A stretch of DNA of 63,699 nt, counting the filler, from Candidatus Fermentibacterota bacterium (GTDB lineage Bacteria > JAFGKV01), in the NCBI GenBank assembly GCA_016928395.1. It is 9 parts of 9 records of this genome, joined end to end, with 100 filler letters (N's around TTAATTAATTAA, not from the genome) between each part and the next. Parts side by side here need not be neighbours in the genome. Positions count along the whole stretch, not along the records: positions 7,008 to 35,520 come from JAFGKV010000254.1; positions 35,621 to 40,827 come from JAFGKV010000255.1; 7 more parts are not named here. The stretch is one strand, 5' to 3'. The position numbers were made by a program, and so were the translations under genes. Positions 29,545-36,142 of this stretch are shown here, piece after piece. Under the pieces are notes generated by a model. That model did not search any database and had not been told where the DNA came from. It saw only the letters and a list, made by a program, of their open reading frames with translations. Position 1 is the stretch's first letter. Every line of letters starts with the position of its first letter.

Positions 29545-29991
29545 ATGAGGTTTCAGGGCCGCGTGTTCAAGGCAGGGCGATACTGGGCCATCGAGGTGTC
29601 CGTTCTGGGCGTTGTCACCCAAGGCAGAACCAAGAAGGATGCGTATCTGATGATCGCCGACGCCATCGAGGCGTTGGTGAACAAGGAAGGATTCACGGTT
29701 CAGGTGTATCCCGGAACCGGGGAGTACTTCGAGATCGGCGCATGGGATCAAGGTGCCCTGACCGCCCTGTTGCTTCGTCGCGAGCGCGCCCGCGCCGGTC
29801 TGAGTCTCTCGCAAGTCGCCCAGCGAATGAACGCTCGATCTCTCAATGCGTACGCCCGTTATGAACAGGGCCGGTCCGTGCCCACGGTTCAGAAGCTGAG
29901 TGAGTTGGTTGCCGCGGTGTCGCCAGATAGGGACTTCGTGCTGGTCGAGAGCCGGGTTTCCGAGAAGTCGGGCAGAGAAGGATCGTCTTGA
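29545..29991 (+). CDS. hicB: HicB-like antitoxin with C-terminal XRE HTH
   Basis: TQGRTKKDAYLMIADAI HicB core plus GLSLSQVAQRM...YARYEQG HTH. Directly follows hicA. Confidence 0.8.
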   Translation: MRFQGRVFKAGRYWAIEVSVLGVVTQGRTKKDAYLMIADAIEALVNKEGFTVQVYPGTGEYFEIGAWDQGALTALLLRRERARAGLSLSQVAQRMNARSLNAYARYEQGRSVPTVQKLSELVAAVSPDRDFVLVESRVSEKSGREGSS

Positions 29992-30270
29992 TGTACGCAT
30001 CCATTCAAGGCCAGCCGAGCAAGGCGTTACGGACCTGGCTGCGTTTCAGCAGACGTAGGTTGGGTTACGCTGCGCTCGCCCAACCCAAATACGGTGCATA
30101 TCTTGGCGCGAAACCCTGATCCGTGAACTCCCATTGCAGCGACGACCGGAGGGAATGCCCGTGAAACGAGGAATGATGAAGCCGAAGAATCTGTTGAGCC
30201 TCCTGAGGAACTGCTTCGGACGACACAGAGGTCGTCGCGGCGTAGCCCACTATGATCGACGGAGGATGCG

Positions 30271-30477
30271 ATGAAGACGTTGGCGGAAATCGTGCAAGAG
30301 CTGCCGCCTGAATTGCAGCAGGAAGTGCACGACTTCGCGCAATGGTTGGCTGAGACACGAACGTATCCCAAACGGACGAGGTTGCGACAGGACTGGGCGG
30401 GCGCGTTGAGGGATCTGCGCGGGCAATACACCTCGGTGGAGTTGCAGCACAAGGCGCTAGAGTGGCGGGGAGACTGA
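30271..30477 (+). CDS. DUF2281 family antitoxin-like protein
   Basis: LPPELQQEVHDFAQWL...WAGAL...SVELQHKALEWR. GGAGG RBS; TGATG-coupled to the PIN gene. Confidence 0.8.
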   Translation: MKTLAEIVQELPPELQQEVHDFAQWLAETRTYPKRTRLRQDWAGALRDLRGQYTSVELQHKALEWRGD

Positions 30478-30914
30478 TGACATACCTTGTAGACACGAAC
30501 GTGTGGCTCGAGCGCCTACTGGACCAAGAGCGTTCTCGGGAGGTTGCGCTTTTCCTTGATGCGACCCGTCCAGCGAGTCTTTCTATGACTGACTTCTGCC
30601 TCCATTCCATCGGCGTGGTGTTGACGCGACTGTCGAGAGGAGAGGCCTTCGGGAAGTTTCTGTCTGACACGATTGTGGACTCTGGCGTGAATCTGATCCG
30701 CCTCGATGCTGAGGATCTTCGAACGCTGCTCCAGGTACATGGGCGATATGGGCTGGACTTTGATGATGCTTACCAGTACGCCGCCGCCGAGAAGTACAAC
30801 CTGACCATTGTGAGCCTGGATTCTGACTTCGATCGCACCGACCGCGGCCGGAAGACCCCGGGCGACGTGCTCAAGGAGATGACATCCGGGCCACGCCCGA
30901 ACCATGAACCGTAA
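30477..30914 (+). CDS. PIN-domain (VapC-like) toxin
   Basis: YLVDTNVWLE...LDFDDAYQY...IVSLDSDFD. Confidence 0.9.
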   Translation: MTYLVDTNVWLERLLDQERSREVALFLDATRPASLSMTDFCLHSIGVVLTRLSRGEAFGKFLSDTIVDSGVNLIRLDAEDLRTLLQVHGRYGLDFDDAYQYAAAEKYNLTIVSLDSDFDRTDRGRKTPGDVLKEMTSGPRPNHEP

Positions 30915-30974
30915 ACCGTGCACTGTGAACTCGTCGCGTGGCGACGACCGGAGGGGATGCCTGTGCAACGACGA

Positions 30975-32735
30975 ATGAAGACTCTGCCCGCCCTCGCCCT
31001 GATGTTGGCATCGCTGGCCGTGCCCGCCCTCGCCTTGGAACGCCTCGCCGTGCTCGATCTCCGCGCACAGGACGATCGGGTGGATGCGCGGGACGTGGCG
31101 CAGATCGGCGACGAATTGCGCACGCAGATCGTTGTCCTCGGCAGCCGTCGAGGCACCTTCAGATGCCTTGATCGCCAAGAGATGGAGTCGCGGCTGCGGG
31201 AGATGGCGTTCTCCCTCACGGATTGCGTAGACAACGAGTGCGTGTTGGAGGTCGGGCGTGCCCTGACCGCGAAGAAGATGGTGGCGGGCCAGGTCGGGAA
31301 GGTCGGAACCCTATTCAGGATTTCCGCCCACCTTCTCGATGTTGAAACCGGCGAGATCGCGCAAGCCGCGTCGGTGCAGATAACCGGTGGCATCGAGGAA
31401 GTGCTGCGGACCGGCGTGCCGCAGATCGTGGCGAAGCTTTTCGGCCTTGCCGAGCCCACACCGACGCGTCCTCCAGCGCCCGAGCCCTCGCGTCCCACGG
31501 TTCAACCTCCCGCGACAACCGATGCGGCCGATCTTTTCGCCCAGGCGGGAAAAGCCTATACGGCGGGGAGGTGGCTGGAGGCGCTTCGCCTCTATGAGCG
31601 GGTTGACGCGCTCGAGCCCGGCAATCCGGTGGTGGCGATGCGCATCAAGGAGTGCGCTACCAAGGCCGATGAAGCCAGCAAGGCAGCCGAGTATGAGGCG
31701 TGGCGGCAGGATGCCCTGCGGAAACGCGACTTCTACGTCGAGACCGCTCGGGGCCTCCTGAACGCCAACCGGTCGTGTGAGGCAGGGAAGTACGTCTTGC
31801 TGGCTTTTGCCGGTGATTGGCAGTGGAAGCAGGGAAGAGATCTTGTTGAAGACGTTCTTTGGAAGTCGTCGACGCCTGACCAGTGCTGCGATGCGGACGG
31901 GGCGTTCAGTTCGCTCTCACTGGATGCGAAGTATATCAACGACCTGAAGCAGAACGCCCGGCAGGTCTGCGCGGGGCTCAAACCTGGCTCGCTGGTCATC
32001 GAAGTCTCGGAGGAGGGGGCTTCGGTGGCGCTGGATGGCTCACGCATCGGCGCAAGCCCGCTTCCGGCGCGCAAGGTCAAGGCTGGGAGTCATCAGATAG
32101 CTGCGACGAAGCAGGGCTTCCAGGATGCGCGGACCACCGCGGTGGTCTCGCCGGGAGCGACGGTGACGGCATCGCTGAGGCTGGTTCCCGACACCGGTGC
32201 CGCCGACATTCTGTCTACCCCCACGGGGGCTCGGGTAGTGGTCAATGGCGTCGAGATCGGCGTAACTCCTCTTCAGGGCGTGCGCCTGCCGGTGGGTCGG
32301 CAACCGATCACGCTGACCATGCCGCGGCACGAGTCGTGGAGTGGATGGCTTGATCTCGGCCCCGAGCGTGCGACGCGGCTTTCGGAGACGCTGCTCCCCA
32401 AGACCAAGGGCAAGGCGCTGGCACGATCTGCCGCACTCCCGGGCTGGGGACAGCGCTACATGGAGCATCCGGGACGGGGATGGGCGTACACGGTAGTGCA
32501 GATCGCGGCGGTCGGCGCGGCCGTGTACGGCTACTCGGCGCACAGTTCCGCCCTCGACGAATACGACGAGGCGCGGGCCGCGTTCGTGAACGCGACTGCG
32601 GGTCACGAGGCCCTGTGGGAGACGATGGAGGCGAAGCACCAAGAAGCGACCGACACGCAGAAGACCGCGAACCTGACGATGTCGCTGGCGTTGGGCATCT
32701 ACCTCTGGAATCTCGCCGATGCGCTGCTGTTCTGA
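30975..32735 (+). CDS. Secreted CsgG-like + TPR-like + PEGA-domain protein with C-terminal DUF5683-like membrane region
   Basis: Signal peptide, LAVLDL...CVDNECVLEVG domain, two PEGA repeats (GASVALDG, STPTGARVVVNG..IGVTP), and RSAALPGWGQRY. Confidence 0.75.
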   Translation: MKTLPALALMLASLAVPALALERLAVLDLRAQDDRVDARDVAQIGDELRTQIVVLGSRRGTFRCLDRQEMESRLREMAFSLTDCVDNECVLEVGRALTAKKMVAGQVGKVGTLFRISAHLLDVETGEIAQAASVQITGGIEEVLRTGVPQIVAKLFGLAEPTPTRPPAPEPSRPTVQPPATTDAADLFAQAGKAYTAGRWLEALRLYERVDALEPGNPVVAMRIKECATKADEASKAAEYEAWRQDALRKRDFYVETARGLLNANRSCEAGKYVLLAFAGDWQWKQGRDLVEDVLWKSSTPDQCCDADGAFSSLSLDAKYINDLKQNARQVCAGLKPGSLVIEVSEEGASVALDGSRIGASPLPARKVKAGSHQIAATKQGFQDARTTAVVSPGATVTASLRLVPDTGAADILSTPTGARVVVNGVEIGVTPLQGVRLPVGRQPITLTMPRHESWSGWLDLGPERATRLSETLLPKTKGKALARSAALPGWGQRYMEHPGRGWAYTVVQIAAVGAAVYGYSAHSSALDEYDEARAAFVNATAGHEALWETMEAKHQEATDTQKTANLTMSLALGIYLWNLADALLF

Positions 32736-32875
32736 AGAGTGAAGAGTGAAGAGTGAGGAGAGTGCTGCCTCGTCGGAGTCTTTGGAGCTCGGCGTGGACG
32801 CCGCAGAGCGGCGTCCACGTAGGTTGGGTTAGCGAATGCGTAACCCAACATTGACCTGTGGAAAGTGACGTGACG

Positions 32876-33178
32876 ATGACCGAACAGGACAAGCAGGCGG
32901 TCAAACGGATGCTGGCGCAGTGTTTGAGTCGTGATCGCGAGGTCACCAAGGTCGTGGTGTTCGGGTCATTCCTGACCAGCGAGACGCCACATGACATCGA
33001 CGTGGCGGTCTTCCAGGACAGCGGGGAGGGCTACCTCCCTCTCGCCCTGAGGTATCGCAAGAGGACACGCGCCGTCTCTCGGATCATTCCTCTCGATATC
33101 ATACCCGTCGGCTCGCGTGCCGGGAGCGGGCCATTCCTTGCGGAAATAGCCAAGGGAGAGGTGATCTATGAGCGGTGA
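32876..33178 (+). CDS. Minimal nucleotidyltransferase (MNT) antitoxin-like protein
   Basis: VFGS...DIDV...LDI motif; overlaps the HEPN gene. Confidence 0.85.
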   Translation: MTEQDKQAVKRMLAQCLSRDREVTKVVVFGSFLTSETPHDIDVAVFQDSGEGYLPLALRYRKRTRAVSRIIPLDIIPVGSRAGSGPFLAEIAKGEVIYER

Positions 33179-33545
33179 GTCTCTTCGCTGGCTGAGCTAC
33201 GCCGCGGAGAACCTACGATCCGCCGAGGTCTTGCTGGAGAGTGGATTGTACAACCCGAGTCTGCAGAATGCGCAACAGGCCGTCGAGAAATGCCTCAAGT
33301 CCCTCCTCATTCGGCACTCGCTGGAGTTCAAACGGACGCATAGCATTGCGGGCCTCAGAGCGCTCCTTGCCGAAGCCGGTGTGGTGGTTGACCTGAGCGA
33401 TGACGAATGTGATCTGCTCGATTCGATCTATCTTCCGTCGAGATACCCTCTCGGCAGTGCTCTGCCGGATTTCGAACCCGATGAGGAGCTGTGTCACCGG
33501 TGCAGCGAGATCGCCGAACGAGTGCTGAATGCCGCTGGGTTATGA
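33168..33545 (+). CDS. HEPN domain protein
   Basis: W...A...L...AQQAVEKCLK...THSI...YLPSRYP. Confidence 0.88.
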   Translation: MSGESLRWLSYAAENLRSAEVLLESGLYNPSLQNAQQAVEKCLKSLLIRHSLEFKRTHSIAGLRALLAEAGVVVDLSDDECDLLDSIYLPSRYPLGSALPDFEPDEELCHRCSEIAERVLNAAGL

Positions 33546-33679
33546 GACGATGTCGTCAGTTGGAGCCCCGGATCCAGCGGAGCTGGACCAAGCGCCGACA
33601 GGCGCGAACGAACTGAGAGCTGAGAGCGGATAGTCGATAGCAGATAGCTTCGAGCGGAGCTCGGACACGGGAGGATGAG

Positions 33680-34807
33680 ATGCGAACATTGTTGATCGTG
33701 GCGGGTCTGGCGACGATTGGGTTCTTGTTGGTCCCACGTTGCGCCAAGGAGCCGACGGCGTTGCCAGCGCAGGAGTGGATTGACCTACTGTCGCCGACGC
33801 AGGGAACTACCTGGACGGTCGGCGACACCGCCAGCGTCACCTGGACCTCCCGCGGAACCTCGGGCCAGGTGAAGATCGAGCTGAGCCGAGGCGGGTCATC
33901 GTGGACAACTCTTGGGACCGTTTCTGCCAGTGCAAACGCATACGACTGGGTCGTGACCGGGCCTGAGGCAACCGGGTGTCGGGTGCGGGTGAGTGATTCC
34001 GCCGACGGGAGCCCAAGCGTCCAGAGCGGCGCCCTTGCCATCAGCGAGTTCCACTCCCTTCTCGACATGGTCTCCCTCTCAGGCGGGACGTTCCAGATGG
34101 GGTCGACGTCGTCGTGGGCGTACTCCTGGGAGCAGCCGGTGCACCAAGTGACCGTATCGGCCTTCTCCATTGCCAAGGATGAAGTGACGCAGGCCCAGTA
34201 TCAGGAGGTGATGGGGACGAATCCGTCGTATTTCCAGGGGGCGAACCGGCCGGTGGAGCAGGTGACATGGTGGGATGCGGCGAAGTTCTGCAATGCGTTG
34301 AGCGCGAGGGAGGGGTTGACGAAGTTCTACAACGATGATGATTTGAACAGTCAGGCGAGCACGGTGCGGATGACGTGGAGTGCGAACGGGTATCGGTTGC
34401 CGACCGAAGCGGAGTGGGAGTATGCGTGTCGTGCGGGGAGCACGACAGACTTCTACAACGGGAACCTGACGAATCCGTACTGTGAGCCATTGGATCCGAA
34501 CCTGGATCTTATCGGGTGGTACTGCGGGAACTCGAACGACCAGACCCACGACGTGGGCGGCAAGCAGCCGAACACGTTTGGGTTGTACGACATGAGCGGG
34601 AACGTATGGGAGTGGTGCAATGACTGGTATGGGGACTATTCCTCGGGGTCGCAGACCGATCCGACTGGGCCGAGCAGCGGGTCGACCCGGGTGCGACGCG
34701 GCGGCAGCTGGTACAGCTACGCGCAGAGCTGCCGCTCCGCGTACCGCTACGACTACTCGCCCGGCTACAGCTACTACGACATCGGCTTCCGTCTCGTTCG
34801 CCGTTAG
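33680..34807 (+). CDS. DGR target: lipoprotein with Ig-like domain and FGE-sulfatase-type C-type-lectin domain
   Basis: Signal peptide ending in Cys (LLVPRC), an Ig-like Ser/Thr-rich domain, and FGE-fold motifs FQMGS, EVTQAQY, RLPTEAEWEYACRAG, GLYDMSGNVWEWC, RGGSW and GFRL. HRDC and avd-like genes follow. Confidence 0.9.
   Translation: MRTLLIVAGLATIGFLLVPRCAKEPTALPAQEWIDLLSPTQGTTWTVGDTASVTWTSRGTSGQVKIELSRGGSSWTTLGTVSASANAYDWVVTGPEATGCRVRVSDSADGSPSVQSGALAISEFHSLLDMVSLSGGTFQMGSTSSWAYSWEQPVHQVTVSAFSIAKDEVTQAQYQEVMGTNPSYFQGANRPVEQVTWWDAAKFCNALSAREGLTKFYNDDDLNSQASTVRMTWSANGYRLPTEAEWEYACRAGSTTDFYNGNLTNPYCEPLDPNLDLIGWYCGNSNDQTHDVGGKQPNTFGLYDMSGNVWEWCNDWYGDYSSGSQTDPTGPSSGSTRVRRGGSWYSYAQSCRSAYRYDYSPGYSYYDIGFRLVRR
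34688..34807 (+). other. DGR variable region (VR), with IMH-like 3' end
   Basis: 13 codons (8 TAC, 3 AGC, 2 GAC) lie between the invariant GGSW, CRSA.R and IGFR scaffold. Each is one A-substitution away from AAC. Confidence 0.8.
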
Positions 34808-34847
34808 GTTTGGGATTTTGAAATTCTTACCTTTTGCGGGTCTTGGG

Positions 34848-34935
34848 CGCGGGGCCACAGCCGACGCGGCAGCGAAGCGGAGCCGCGGGCTGTGGCCCCG
34901 CGGGAGACGCCGGAGCGCCCTTGGGCGTTCCGGCG
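34848..34935. repeat. Two GC-rich inverted repeats downstream of the VR (candidate DGR homing hairpin/cruciform)
   Basis: Perfect 15-bp stem at 34848-34862/34888-34902 enclosing cgcggc..gc-GAA-gc..gccgcg. Second stem at 34908-34920/34923-34935 with one mismatch. Confidence 0.8.
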
Positions 34936-34944
34936 CAGCCGAAA

Positions 34945-35442
34945 ATGGCGGATCTTCCCGATAGCGGTCTCGATCACCGTTTGAGGATCTTCACGGTGGC
35001 GTTCGACGCGGAGACGAAGACATTCCGCGATGAGGAGCTACGGCTGTTCCTGGCCGGCAGGCGGCTCCTGCGCTCGGAAGCCGCGTTCTTCCAGGTGGAC
35101 GGCGTTCCCTTTTGGTCGGTGCTCTTGGAGTATCGGGAGGGGCCGCACGAAGGAGAACCCAAGGAGGAACCGCTGGCCGGGCCGGCGGGAGCGCTCATGG
35201 AGCGGCTTCGCGAATGGCGCAAGGAGGAGGCCGCGCGGCGAGGGCTTCCCGTGTACGTGATCGCCACGAACAGCGAGCTTCGGCAGGTGGCTGCCCGCAT
35301 GCCGCACTCGTTCGAGGGGCTGCGTTCCATCAAGGGTTTCGGGAAGCGCAAGATAGAGGAGTACGGCGCCGCGATTCTGGAGGAGGTCAAATCGTTCGTA
35401 GGGGAGCGCGCGCGCGCCGAAGGAGGCAGCCCTGATGCGTGA
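34945..35442 (+). CDS. HRDC-domain protein (DGR accessory)
   Basis: LMERLREWRKEEAARRGLPVYVIATNSEL...IKGFGKRKIEEYGAAIL HRDC domain, preceded by an N-terminal domain (FTVAFD...FWSVLLEY). Confidence 0.88.
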   Translation: MADLPDSGLDHRLRIFTVAFDAETKTFRDEELRLFLAGRRLLRSEAAFFQVDGVPFWSVLLEYREGPHEGEPKEEPLAGPAGALMERLREWRKEEAARRGLPVYVIATNSELRQVAARMPHSFEGLRSIKGFGKRKIEEYGAAILEEVKSFVGERARAEGGSPDA

Positions 35443-35520
35443 AGACTATCCGGTGTTCGTGCACTGGTATCGCTTGCTGGATTGGATCCTCGACACCGTG
35501 GAGCGCTTCCCCAAGAGCGC
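35435..35520 (+). CDS. avd: Avd (accessory variability determinant)-like four-helix-bundle protein, 5' fragment
   Basis: Manual translation after an AGGAGG RBS: MREDYPVFVHWYRLLDWILDTVERFPKS. The L.W...(K/R)FPK N-terminal pattern is typical of Avd. Cut by the contig end. Confidence 0.78.
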
Positions 35521-36142
35521 NNNNNNNNNNNNNNNNNNNNNNNNNNNNNNNNNNNNNNNNNNNNTTAATTAATTAANNNNNNNNNNNNNNNNNNNNNNNN
35601 NNNNNNNNNNNNNNNNNNNNCGCCCGTCGCGAGGCTCGTACCATGCTGTCTGCAGCATATGCGGCGAGGAGAAGAACTTCCCCGAACAGGAACCCCGGTA
35701 CAGATTCGCTACGCAGAGGAAGCCGGTTCCACCGCCGATCGCGGACACCACACCGCTGGGTGGTTGAAGGCGCACGTAAGGAAACCTGGGGACAGCCCAG
35801 ACCCCACTCCCCATCAGGCGGACACTGTTCTGTCTTTCCCTCGAAGGCGGGGAGAGGGAATCCAGGACGTGACTTGTCTGTATCTGCTCTCTCTTCAACC
35901 CCTTGGAATCCCCCATTTCGCCTGAGACAAATCTTCGATGCTCCTGAGGCGTCCGCCTTTGGCGGATTGGGGGTAGAATAGTAAACGCAGAGGGGCTTCG
36001 ACCCTCTTCTCCTGAGGCGCATCTTCGATGCACGCCCCAATAGATGGAGCTTGCGCAGCAGAGCGCCGGGTAGCCGACCCGACGGCCAGAAGAGAAACGG
36101 CAATTGTGGCGCACTTCTTCGCTTGGTATGATGGGGCCGACA

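Larger units (their letters stand above)
33680..35520 (+). mobile_element. Diversity-generating retroelement cassette (partial; TR and RT not in window)
   Basis: Gene order target(VR)-hairpins-HRDC-avd on one strand. Confidence 0.82.

Noticed and set aside
28293-32850. Recurring ~30-bp palindromes as a CRISPR array
   Set aside because: Copies are 0.5-2.8 kb apart, separated by whole genes and in mixed orientation, with no cas genes.
33680-34807. True formylglycine-generating enzyme
   Set aside because: It lacks the catalytic Cys pair after RGGS (here RGGSWYSY). It fits the non-catalytic FGE-type CLec fold.
28238-35520. Prophage or integrase-bearing island at tRNA-Asp
   Set aside because: No integrase, phage structural genes or duplicated tRNA 3' end are visible in the contig.
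35621-36100. Possible DGR template repeat or RT after avd
   Set aside because: This is a different contig. It has no similarity to the VR, no AAC-rich tract and no RT motifs.
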